From: Bacillota bacterium
Lineage (GTDB): Bacteria; Bacillota; Clostridia; Acetivibrionales; DTU013
Direction: 5' to 3'
Assembly: GCA_023435305.1 (NCBI GenBank)
Contig: JAEYRV010000027.1
Span: 59,114 to 123,113, forward strand
Length of the DNA stretch: 64,000 bases
A program made the translations under genes and the position numbers. Positions 1-8,340 of this stretch are shown one piece after another. The notes beneath the pieces were generated by a model. It was given only the letters and a program-made list of their open reading frames with translations, was not told the origin of the DNA and did not search any database. Every line of letters starts with the position of its first letter. Position 1 is the first letter of the stretch.

Positions 1-1033
1 GTATCCTTTCGTTAAGCTTCTTGCGTATCAGCTCTGCCCTCTTCTGGTCCCTTTCATCGGGCTTGAGCTGATCTCCGTATATTTTTTGCAGATAAGCCGG
101 CTGTATCATAAGCGTAAGTTCATTTATATCCTCAAGCTCCATTCCCTGCAGCAGCCCCATTATCATCCCGAGCCTGACATCGGATATAAGCTTCAGACTT
201 TCATCTGTAGAAATAAGCCTGGCATTTTGCAGCAAGCCAAGAGATCTGAATATCCTGTCCTCGAATCGTACAGGGTTCTGTCTGTAAAGCTCCATGCGCA
301 GCATTTTTTCCTGCTCTGAGATCTGTGCAGTGATATTAGATATGCCTGCTATTATCTCCTCCTCTGTCTGACCCAGCGTTACCTGATTTGATATCTGGAA
401 CATATTCCCGTCAGCATCGCTGTTCTCTCCATATAAACCCCGAACAGCCACGCCGATCTTTCCACAGGTCTCAAGAATGCCCTTGATGTAGCCCGTCATC
501 GATAATGCAGGAAGATGGAGCATTACAGAAGCTCTTATTCCTGTTCCAATATTGGTCGGGCAGCATGTAAGATAACCATATGTTTTATCAAATGCAAATC
601 CAAGCTTTTTATCAAGGCCGGACTCCAGGCTGCTGCAAAGCCTCCACGCCTCATCGAGCTTCATACCGGCATATATGCACTGCAGCCTCAAATGATCCTC
701 TTCATTCACCATTATACTTACTCTTTCATCTTTGCTGACAATTGCAGCCCTGTTGGCATTTCCTTCAGCAAATTCAGGACTTATAAGGTGCTTTTCCACC
801 AGGAGCTGTCTGTCTAATGGCTTCAATGACTGCATCTCCAGATATGAGAATCCAAGTCCGGATATCGCCGTATCATTGAGTATCGCGGCTCTTACCTTCT
901 CAAGGATCTCAGCTCCCTGTACACGGCTCATGCGCGTCGTAAATGGATATGCCCCAAGGTTTCTCGCGAGCCTGACCCTGCTGCTTATTGCCACATCAAA
1001 ACCGGGTGCCGGACGGGTGCCTTCCTGACTCAT
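1..1033 (-). CDS. mcsB: protein arginine kinase McsB (3' end runs off the window)
   Basis: Own minus-strand translation from ATG 1033 gives MSQEGTRPAPGFDVAISSRVRLARNLGAYPF... The start forms an ATGA overlap with the mcsA stop. The guanido-phosphotransferase block GYLTCCPTNIGTGIRASVM lies near nt 520-575. It is absent from the ORF track because it is open at the window edge. The order ctsR-mcsA-mcsB is canonical. Confidence 0.9.
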   Translation of the reverse strand, partial: MSQEGTRPAPGFDVAISSRVRLARNLGAYPFTTRMSRVQGAEILEKVRAAILNDTAISGLGFSYLEMQSLKPLDRQLLVEKHLISPEFAEGNANRAAIVSKDERVSIMVNEEDHLRLQCIYAGMKLDEAWRLCSSLESGLDKKLGFAFDKTYGYLTCCPTNIGTGIRASVMLHLPALSMTGYIKGILETCGKIGVAVRGLYGENSDADGNMFQISNQVTLGQTEEEIIAGISNITAQISEQEKMLRMELYRQNPVRFEDRIFRSLGLLQNARLISTDESLKLISDVRLGMIMGLLQGMELEDINELTLMIQPAYLQKIYGDQLKPDERDQKRAELIRKKLNERI

Positions 1034-1569
1034 ACCGCACCTCCGTTCACATTTCTGCTGCTCTCCAGGTTCCTGATCCTGTCCCTCAGCTCTGCTGCCC
1101 TCTCATACTGCTCGCTTTCTATGGCGCCGGACAATTCCGTCCTTAGCCTTTCGATCTCATCCGAAAGCCTGATCCCGGCATCTTCCTTTTTTATACCCTG
1201 ATTCTCCTCAGGCTTCTTTCCCGTGTGCTCGGCATTGCCATGCAGTCTCCTGAGTACTGGTGCCAGACTGTCCCTGAATACGCTGTAGCAGTTGGCGCAG
1301 CCAAGCTTTCCGCTTTTTCTGAAGTCGTCGAAGCTCATGCCGCAGACATTGCAGCGGAGTATTTCCGGCTGCTCAAACTCTCCATATCCTGTATTGCTGA
1401 AGCCGGGAAATCCCCAAAGGAAATTACCCAGACTGATCTGAGGGCTGAAGGACAATGTACCGTTTTCAGCTGCGCACTGGGTGCAGAGAAACATCTCGAC
1501 CTTCTTGCCGTTTATAATTTGTGTATAATGCACATTAGCCTCTCTTTTGTGACACTGCTGGCAAACCAT
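1030..1569 (-). CDS. mcsA: McsA, activator of protein arginine kinase (zinc-finger/UVR protein)
   Basis: It has CxxC pairs (CQQCHKREA...CTQCA and CNVCG...CANCY) and a C-terminal UVR motif (YERAAELRDRIRNLE). The track start at 1587 is TTG. ATG 1569 has GGGAGTGAGG just upstream, so I prefer it. Confidence 0.85.
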   Translation of the reverse strand: MVCQQCHKREANVHYTQIINGKKVEMFLCTQCAAENGTLSFSPQISLGNFLWGFPGFSNTGYGEFEQPEILRCNVCGMSFDDFRKSGKLGCANCYSVFRDSLAPVLRRLHGNAEHTGKKPEENQGIKKEDAGIRLSDEIERLRTELSGAIESEQYERAAELRDRIRNLESSRNVNGGAV

Positions 1570-1650
1570 AAGCCTCACTCCCTGCAAAATTAGTCATTAA
1601 ATGATTATTACCCCACTGTTATATTTATTAACAGTACCGCATCGTGTGTA

Positions 1651-2109
1651 CTATACCATCAGACTCAGCAGCATATTCTTCAGCATCGCAGCCCTTATTA
1701 TATCCCTGTCAGGCATGCCTATACCGCCAATCACCTTATCGCTGGTTGCTGCTTTGAGCAGCAGGCCCTCTCTGGCGCTGATGACCTCATAGTCAACGAA
1801 ATTATTGACAAAAACCTCCGCAGACTGTTGAGAAATGCTGTCTCCCATGGAACTGACGATATGCATGAGATAATTTCCCGGTCTGTTAATATTAACCCGT
1901 CTGATCCTTATGTGTCCTCCACCGCCGCGCCTGCTCTCGACATAATAGCCTCTCTCAGTCGTAAATCTTGTATCTATAACATAGTTTATCTGCGAGGGCA
2001 CGCAGTTGAAATGGTTTGCCAGTTCGTTGCGCTGTATTTCTATAGCTCCGTCGGTGTCGTTTATCAACTGCTTTAAAAAAGCTTCAATAATATCACTCAT
2101 CCTGGCCAA
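1651..2109 (-). CDS. ctsR: CtsR, class III heat-shock gene repressor
   Basis: MSDIIEAFLKQL..., the glycine loop ESRRGGGGHIRI and its position as first gene of the ctsR-mcsA-mcsB operon support the call. TTG 2109 has GGAGTGAG 5 nt upstream. ATG 2100 is the alternative start. Confidence 0.9.
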   Translation of the reverse strand: MARMSDIIEAFLKQLINDTDGAIEIQRNELANHFNCVPSQINYVIDTRFTTERGYYVESRRGGGGHIRIRRVNINRPGNYLMHIVSSMGDSISQQSAEVFVNNFVDYEVISAREGLLLKAATSDKVIGGIGMPDRDIIRAAMLKNMLLSLMV

Positions 2110-2140
2110 TTGCGCTCACTCCCTTCATCGCTGTGTTGAT

Positions 2141-2157
2141 TTTGACTATCTTTGACT
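2141..2157 (-). promoter_or_regulatory. CtsR operator (tandem heptad box)
   Basis: The minus strand reads AGTCAAAGATAGTCAAA, matching the CtsR box A/GGTCAAA-NAN-A/GGTCAAA. It lies about 10 nt downstream of the -10 hexamer of the ctsR promoter. Confidence 0.8.
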
Positions 2158-2166
2158 TTCAATAAT

Positions 2167-2195
2167 ATTATAATTCACGATGTTATTATATTCAA
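2167..2195 (-). promoter_or_regulatory. sigma-A-type promoter of the ctsR operon
   Basis: The minus strand reads TTGAAT (2195-2190), a 17-nt spacer, then TATAAT (2172-2167). Confidence 0.65.
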
Positions 2196-2356
2196 GCATT
2201 TTTTGATCATCAGCCATAATATAATCTCCTTTACAGGCTCTGTGCCGACATATGGCTCGAAACGGGAATTGCTCCTATCACATAATTTTTGCTCGTATCC
2301 CTCTGATTATTCAACGAACAGCACCGTTAAGACCGCTCATATGCAGCTCAAACAAT

Positions 2357-2384
2357 AAAAAACCCGGCAGTTTTCCTGCCGGGC
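2357..2384 (-). terminator. intrinsic terminator after the DUF4349 gene
   Basis: On the minus strand CCCGGCAG-gaaaa-CTGCCGGG is followed by TTTTTT. Confidence 0.75.
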
Positions 2385-2432
2385 AATAATTCATACTATA
2401 TTTACTATTTCGCTTTTAAAAGGAATATCAAA

Positions 2433-3590
2433 TCACTGCTTGCCTTCCGGCTCATCCGTCTGCTTTGACATCTCCCCGGAAGGGGCTTCTCCCTGCTGCA
2501 TCGGGGCTCCCCCCTGCTGGGCCGGTGCTCCGCTTTGCTGTGCCGGGGCCCTTCCCTGCGCGGTCGGTGCAGGCTGTGTCTGTTGAACATACGGTGCATT
2601 TGCCGACGGTGATCCAGGATAAACGGGACCCCGTGGATATGGACTATCATTCCTGCGCTTCTTGATCATTTTCCTGTAGATCCATATGCCGAATAACACG
2701 CATAACCCTATGAATACAAGAACAGGCAGCGCTGCCACTATGAACAGAAGCAGATCGCCAAGGAATTCAACGACATTAAACAGGCTCTCCTTCAGGCTGT
2801 TCAGCAGCTTCTCACCATAAGTTTCAGGCTTCGGGTTATAGTCCGGACGCTTTTCGTTCAGATTGATTGTAATGGTAGAAAGGTCCACCAGGCTGTTCAG
2901 CTTGTTCAGATTGCCGGTAAGGCTCTCGATCTGGTATCTTATTTCAGTCAGCTTGCTCTCGGCTTTAAAGATCTCCTCCAGGTCATTAAGCTTGACTACA
3001 TAAGCTTCAAGCTTTTCCTGCTCCATCTTCAACAGCCTCAGCCTTGATTCCACATCAACTACCTGATCCGTAACATCCTGTCCGTCTGTTGTGTAATTGT
3101 ATACATCGCCCAGGCCCCTCAGCTTGTTGATCACGGAATCAAACATTGACTTATCGACACGCAGTACTATCGTTCCGCTCTTTACAAGCTTCATTTCCTC
3201 TTCGATATAGACTCTGTCAGTATTTATATTTGTCTGCTGAACAAAGCCTATGTTGGCAATTATGCCCTCAATGTTGGCAAATGCTTTATCGAAGTTTTCC
3301 ACTTCTATGGTCAGGTTAGCGCTTCTGATTATTTTTCTCTCGGCAAGTATGGCATTGGAGACATTTACGGGGCTGCTCCCGACTCCCGCCAGCGAATCTG
3401 CATCAGGAGCCATTGGCGCTTCTGCCGGAGCATCTACTCCATATTCACCTTTATTGTACGAGCCCGAATCCATCGCAGGCCCTGCTGTCGTCGACGGCGC
3501 CCGATCAGCCTTATTACCGCTGCTGCAGCCTGTCATTACCGATGCCAAGATCACCAGTACCAGGATTATACCTAATAACTTTCTGGGCAT
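2433..3590 (-). CDS. DUF4349-like lipoprotein with Q/A/P-rich C-terminal tail
   Basis: It has a lipobox signal (MPRKLLGIILVLVILASVMTG|C), a central coiled-coil region and a C-terminal TM helix (LLLFIVAALPVLVFIGLCVLFGIWIY). A repetitive tail follows (GRAPAQQSGAPAQQGGAPMQQGEAP). The DUF4349 assignment is from memory of that architecture. Confidence 0.6.
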   Translation of the reverse strand: MPRKLLGIILVLVILASVMTGCSSGNKADRAPSTTAGPAMDSGSYNKGEYGVDAPAEAPMAPDADSLAGVGSSPVNVSNAILAERKIIRSANLTIEVENFDKAFANIEGIIANIGFVQQTNINTDRVYIEEEMKLVKSGTIVLRVDKSMFDSVINKLRGLGDVYNYTTDGQDVTDQVVDVESRLRLLKMEQEKLEAYVVKLNDLEEIFKAESKLTEIRYQIESLTGNLNKLNSLVDLSTITINLNEKRPDYNPKPETYGEKLLNSLKESLFNVVEFLGDLLLFIVAALPVLVFIGLCVLFGIWIYRKMIKKRRNDSPYPRGPVYPGSPSANAPYVQQTQPAPTAQGRAPAQQSGAPAQQGGAPMQQGEAPSGEMSKQTDEPEGKQ

Positions 3591-3753
3591 AACTTCCTCC
3601 TCCTTTATCCCATATATGTATTTATTGGGCTTAATAGTACAGACGTAAATGCTTTATCAAAGTTCCATCGAAGTTAAAGTACAGTTAGAGCCTAATAATA
3701 CATAAAGAGCTGCCTTATCAGGCAGCCCTCATGATCATCCAACAATTACCTTA

Positions 3754-5844
3754 TTATTCGTCATCAACGTCGTCGGTCATTTCCTTCTTGGCCTCATCAA
3801 TGACCTTCTGAGCCACATTGGCCGGAGCCTCCTCATATCTTTCAAAATACTGCTTGAAGGCGCCTCTGCCCTGGGTCATGCTTCTGAGATCGTTGGCATA
3901 TTTGAACATCTCCGCCGACGGCACTTCTGCAACGACCTGCTGCAAACCGCCTTCCTGCGGGTTCATGCCGAGGATCCTTCCCCTTCTCTTGTTGAGGTCA
4001 CCGATGATGTCTCCCATGTAGTTGTCCGGAATATATACCTCAACATGGCTTATGGGCTCGAGCAGTACAGGTCCTGCCAGCGGGAGGCCCTTCTTGTAGG
4101 CCAGGCGGGCTGCGATCTTGAATGCCATTTCTGAAGAGTCGACATCATGATATGATCCATCCACCAGAGTGGCCTTCAGATTAACAACCGGATATCCTGC
4201 CAGAACTCCGTGGGGTATAGCCTCACGAAGACCCTTTTCAACTGCCGGGTGATACTGCTTCGGAACTGATCCGCCGAAAATCTTTTCTTCAAATACCAGG
4301 TCCTCGGATTCACCGCGCTCGAATTCCACCCATACATGTCCATACTGGCCATGGCCGCCGGACTGTTTCTTGTGCTTTCCTTCAACCTTGACCTTCTTCT
4401 TTATGGTCTCTCTGTAGGGGACCTTGGGATCTACCAGATTAACTGATACACCGAATTTTGCCTTGAGCTTGCTCACGATAACGTCGAGATGCTGCTCGCC
4501 GACACCGGATATAACGGTCTGATGAGTCTCAGTATTCAATTCTACCTTGAAGGTAGGATCTTCATCCTGAAGCCTGTTGAGACCCGAACCTATCTTTTCC
4601 TCGTCACCCTTGGCCTTCGGTTCTACTGCCAGCGAAAGCGCCGGTTCGGGGAAGACGATCTTCTCAAGGGCCACCGGCTTTGCCTGGTCGCACAGAGTGT
4701 CGTTCGTATTGGTATACTGCAGCTTTGCAACTGCGCCTATATCCCCTGCGATGAGCTTATCGACAGGAAGCTGCTTCTTTCCTCTCAGCATGAATACCTG
4801 AGCTGTTTTCTCGTTTTTCTCCGCTGTTGTATTATAAACAACCGTGTCTGATTTAAATGTGCCCGAATATACTCTGAATATTGAGATCTTTCCAACAAAG
4901 GGGTCTGCAATAGTCTTGAAAACAAGAGCCGACATGCTCTCATCCGCAGCATTCCTCAATTCCACGACTGTGTCAGTTCCGGGCTTGACTGCCTTTGTTA
5001 CCGGCTTGACTGCAGGTGAGGGCATATATTCCACGATCATATCCATGAGTGTCTGCACGCCCTGATTAAGGAATGAAGAGCCGCAGAGCACCGGAACTAT
5101 GGAACCGTCGGAGATTCCTGCGCACAGGCCCTTCTGTATTTCCTCATTTGTAAACTCCTCGCCTCCGAAGAACTTTTCCATCAATTCCTCATCTGTTTCG
5201 GCGATCGCTTCATTGAGGACATCCTTCAATTCTGTGATCTTATCATTCAAATCGGCTGGGATAGCTGCATCTACAAGCTTATCCTTGTCGAATTTTTTTG
5301 CTTTCATATTTATAACATCAACAAAACCTGTAAATTTCTCTGCTTCTATGATGGGAAGCTGGAAAGCAATTACATTTTTGCCGAATGTATCTGTCAACTG
5401 GTCAAGTACTTCAAAGAAATTTGCATTTTCTTCGTCCATCTTGTTAACGAAGAACATTTTGGGCAGTGCATACTCTTTGGCATATGCCCAGGACTTTTCA
5501 GTACCTACTGCGACGCCGCCCTTGGCCGGAACCAATATGACTGCGGAATCTGATATCCTGATTCCCTGCTTTACTTCTCCCACAAAGTCAAAATAGCCGG
5601 GAGTGTCAATAACATTGATTTTAACATCCTTCCATTCACAAGGTGCAATAGCTGTGTTGATCGAAATCTTCCTCTTGATTTCCTCCGGGTCGTAATCCGT
5701 AGTAGTATTACCGTCATTAACCTTGCCAAATCTGTCAAGTACTCCGGTATTGAACAGCATAGCCTCCGCAAGAGTCGTCTTACCTGCCCCGCCGTGCGAC
5801 AACAGGCACACATTGCGGAGCTTTTCCACGGTATAATCCTTCAT
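3754..5844 (-). CDS. elongation factor G paralog (EF-G-like translational GTPase)
   Basis: This 696-aa protein shows G motifs SHGGAGKTT, DTPG and NKMD, with EF-G domain II-V-like sequence throughout. The RBS is AAGGGGGA. It is monocistronic and not in an rpsL-rpsG-fusA-tuf context. Confidence 0.85.
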   Translation of the reverse strand: MKDYTVEKLRNVCLLSHGGAGKTTLAEAMLFNTGVLDRFGKVNDGNTTTDYDPEEIKRKISINTAIAPCEWKDVKINVIDTPGYFDFVGEVKQGIRISDSAVILVPAKGGVAVGTEKSWAYAKEYALPKMFFVNKMDEENANFFEVLDQLTDTFGKNVIAFQLPIIEAEKFTGFVDVINMKAKKFDKDKLVDAAIPADLNDKITELKDVLNEAIAETDEELMEKFFGGEEFTNEEIQKGLCAGISDGSIVPVLCGSSFLNQGVQTLMDMIVEYMPSPAVKPVTKAVKPGTDTVVELRNAADESMSALVFKTIADPFVGKISIFRVYSGTFKSDTVVYNTTAEKNEKTAQVFMLRGKKQLPVDKLIAGDIGAVAKLQYTNTNDTLCDQAKPVALEKIVFPEPALSLAVEPKAKGDEEKIGSGLNRLQDEDPTFKVELNTETHQTVISGVGEQHLDVIVSKLKAKFGVSVNLVDPKVPYRETIKKKVKVEGKHKKQSGGHGQYGHVWVEFERGESEDLVFEEKIFGGSVPKQYHPAVEKGLREAIPHGVLAGYPVVNLKATLVDGSYHDVDSSEMAFKIAARLAYKKGLPLAGPVLLEPISHVEVYIPDNYMGDIIGDLNKRRGRILGMNPQEGGLQQVVAEVPSAEMFKYANDLRSMTQGRGAFKQYFERYEEAPANVAQKVIDEAKKEMTDDVDDE

Positions 5845-5935
5845 ATGAATTCCCCCTTGTTTTATTACGCTCTTTTAGTATTTTCCTTTTACAGGAAAAA
5901 GATTCAAGCAATATGGGTATTATGACACAATGTAT

Positions 5936-5963
5936 ATTATAACATACATCAAGGCCAGTTCAA
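5936..5963 (-). promoter_or_regulatory. candidate sigma-A promoter of the EF-G paralog
   Basis: The minus strand reads TTGAAC, a 16-nt spacer, then TATAAT, about 90 nt upstream of the ATG. Confidence 0.5.
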
Positions 5964-6054
5964 GGATTTTCTTGAAAGAGAAGACCGTCCTGAGGACAGG
6001 ACTGTCCCTCCAAAAAGATACTGATGGTCCGGTCATTGCAGGATACCGTTTTTC

Positions 6055-6083
6055 TTGACATTTCCAATGTATCAATGTAAATT
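6055..6083 (+). promoter_or_regulatory. candidate sigma-A promoter of aroF-tyrA-aroA
   Basis: TTGACA (6055-6060), a 17-nt spacer, then TAAATT (6078-6083). This leaves a leader of about 100 nt. Confidence 0.55.
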
Positions 6084-6191
6084 TAAATCAAAATAACACC
6101 AAAGTAATATAGTTGGTAAAACGGCAGAATGGAAAGAATAGCAGCATAGTAACCGAAATACGGCAGAAAGACGGCAGAAAGGAAGATATTT

Positions 6192-7217
6192 ATGATTATT
6201 GTAATGAAGCCCGGCTCAAAGGAGTCCGAAATACGTGAAGTTTCAAATGTTCTGGAAAATGCCGGATTGGGGGTCCATATCTCCAAGGGCACCGAGAGGA
6301 CTATTATCGGTGTGATCGGCGATAAACGGCTCCTTCGCGATATCCCTCTCGAACTGATGCAGGGTGTCGACAAGCTGGTGCCTATAATGGAAAGCTACAA
6401 GCTGGCCGGCAGGACCTTCAAGCCGGAGGCGAGCGTAATAGATGTGGGCGGAGTGAAAATAGGCGGCAGGGAGCTTGTGATGATGGCAGGCCCTTGCGCC
6501 GTGGAAGGCCCGGATCAGATAATGGAAGCGGCCAGGGCCATCAAGAAGTCCGGCGCACAGTTCCTTCGAGGCGGAGCCTTCAAGCCCAGGACCTCCCCCT
6601 ATTCCTTCCAGGGGCTGGAGGAGGAAGGACTGAAAATGCTCAAGGAAGCCAGCGAGGCTACGGGCCTGCTGACCGTCACGGAAGTCATAAGCGAGCGTTC
6701 TGTAGAGATAGCGGCAAGATATGTCGACATGTTCCAGATCGGCGCGCGAAATTCACAGAACTTCCACCTTCTCAGGGAAGTGGGACGCTCAGGCAAGCCG
6801 GTGCTATTTAAAAGAGGCTCCGCAACTACTATAGATGAATGGCTCAATGCAGCTGAATATATAATGAGCGAGGGCAATTACAATGTAGTGCTCTGTGAAC
6901 GCGGCATCAGGACCTTTGAGACAGCAACAAGAAATACGCTGGACATCAGCGCCGTCCCGGTCGTTAAAAGCAGCAGCCATCTGCCGGTGATCGTCGACCC
7001 CAGCCATGCTGCAGGAAGGACTCAGTACATCCTGCCCCTTTCGAGGGCAGCCATTGCAGCAGGCGCCGACGGCCTGATCATCGAAGTGCATCCGTGTCCG
7101 AGATGTGCCCTTTCAGATGCTGCACAGCAATTGGATCCCGAATCATTTGACAATTTGTGTAAAGATATTGGAAAGATTGCCGAAATAGTAGGCAGAGAGT
7201 TCAGATATGGAGATTGA
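6192..7217 (+). CDS. aroF: 3-deoxy-7-phosphoheptulonate (DAHP) synthase, type I-beta with N-terminal regulatory domain
   Basis: The KDSA/DAHPS I-beta core carries [19 protein letters not shown] and VDPSH motifs. An extra N-terminal domain of about 70 aa resembles that of Thermotoga-type enzymes. Confidence 0.9.
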   Translation: MIIVMKPGSKESEIREVSNVLENAGLGVHISKGTERTIIGVIGDKRLLRDIPLELMQGVDKLVPIMESYKLAGRTFKPEASVIDVGGVKIGGRELVMMAGPCAVEGPDQIMEAARAIKKSGAQFLRGGAFKPRTSPYSFQGLEEEGLKMLKEASEATGLLTVTEVISERSVEIAARYVDMFQIGARNSQNFHLLREVGRSGKPVLFKRGSATTIDEWLNAAEYIMSEGNYNVVLCERGIRTFETATRNTLDISAVPVVKSSSHLPVIVDPSHAAGRTQYILPLSRAAIAAGADGLIIEVHPCPRCALSDAAQQLDPESFDNLCKDIGKIAEIVGREFRYGD

Positions 7218-8307
7218 AAGAGTATCGATCATCGGCCTTGGGCTGATCGGGGGTTCTCTGGCACGGGCATTGCGGGCAAAGACAGCGGCAGGTGAAATCC
7301 TGGCCGTCGACAGCGACCAGTCAGCTCTTGGGCTCGCACTGGAACAAGGTATCATCGACAGAGGTCTTGCTGAGCCGGACAGCAGTGTCTGTTCCTCGGA
7401 TATTATTTTCATCTGTACTCCGGTAAAGCAGGCACTTGTTTATCTGGATATGCTGGCTCCTAAGGCAGGAGACAGGACTATAATCACCGATGTGTGCAGC
7501 ACCAAGAGCGAGATCATGGAATATGCCGAAAAGATGCAGAAGGCGCCGTGCTTTATTGGAGGCCATCCAATGGCCGGCACTGAAAGATCCGGTTTCGCAA
7601 ACAGCTTCGCACATCTTTTCGAGAATGCATATTATGTACTTACACCGGCATCAAACGCATCACAGGAAGCTGTCAGCATTCTTACCTCAGTTGTTGAGAG
7701 CATTGGTGCCATACCTCTTATAATGACCGCAGAGGAACACGACAGGGCTGCAGGCAGCATAAGCCATCTCCCCCATGTGCTTGCTGCGGCGCTGGTGAAC
7801 CTGGTAAGAGAAGCCGACAAGGGCAGCGGCAGAATGCAGGCTTTAGCCGCCGGCGGCTTCAGGGACATAACACGGATAGCTTCATCAAATCCGGGGTTAT
7901 GGGAAAGCATCGTACTTAGCAATAAGGAACAATTATTACTGCTTTTAAGGCAGCTTGAAAAAATATTGGATGAATTTGCCGGGTACATGGAAAACAGCAG
8001 CTCGGAAGACATATACGATTTCTTCAGCCAGGCGGGCAGATTCCGGGACTCCATATCAGATCACGGACGCGGATTGCTGCCGGCAGTACACAAGCTTATC
8101 GTAGATGTGCAGGACAGACCCGGGATTATAGGCGAGATAGCAACAATACTGGGCAGCAATAATATTAATATTAAGAATATAAATGTGGCAAACAGCCGCG
8201 AATTCGAGCAAGGATGCCTGATAATAACACTCTCCGACAGCGAGAGTGCAAATATTGCCTTTGACTTGCTCGTGAAAACAGGATATAAAGTATTTAAAAA
8301 TAGGTAA
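7207..8307 (+). CDS. tyrA: prephenate dehydrogenase with C-terminal ACT domain
   Basis: A Rossmann motif IIGLGLIGGSLARAL and the GGHPMAG motif are present. The C-terminal ~70 aa look ACT-like (LIVDVQDRPGIIGEIATILG). It overlaps the aroF stop by 11 nt. Confidence 0.9.
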   Translation: MEIERVSIIGLGLIGGSLARALRAKTAAGEILAVDSDQSALGLALEQGIIDRGLAEPDSSVCSSDIIFICTPVKQALVYLDMLAPKAGDRTIITDVCSTKSEIMEYAEKMQKAPCFIGGHPMAGTERSGFANSFAHLFENAYYVLTPASNASQEAVSILTSVVESIGAIPLIMTAEEHDRAAGSISHLPHVLAAALVNLVREADKGSGRMQALAAGGFRDITRIASSNPGLWESIVLSNKEQLLLLLRQLEKILDEFAGYMENSSSEDIYDFFSQAGRFRDSISDHGRGLLPAVHKLIVDVQDRPGIIGEIATILGSNNINIKNINVANSREFEQGCLIITLSDSESANIAFDLLVKTGYKVFKNR

Positions 8308-8340
8308 TTTATATGATTTCTTATTCAGGGGGGACGTAGC

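Noticed and set aside
6084-6191. TRAP-type (G/U)AG triplet array or T-box in the aroF leader.
   Set aside because: The UAG/GAG triplets are too few and irregularly spaced. No specifier loop, T-box sequence or terminator/antiterminator pair is visible.
6083-6373. 96-aa minus-strand ORF overlapping the aroF start.
   Set aside because: It overlaps the aroF leader and 5' coding region, has no RBS, and is a hydrophobic shadow-frame translation.
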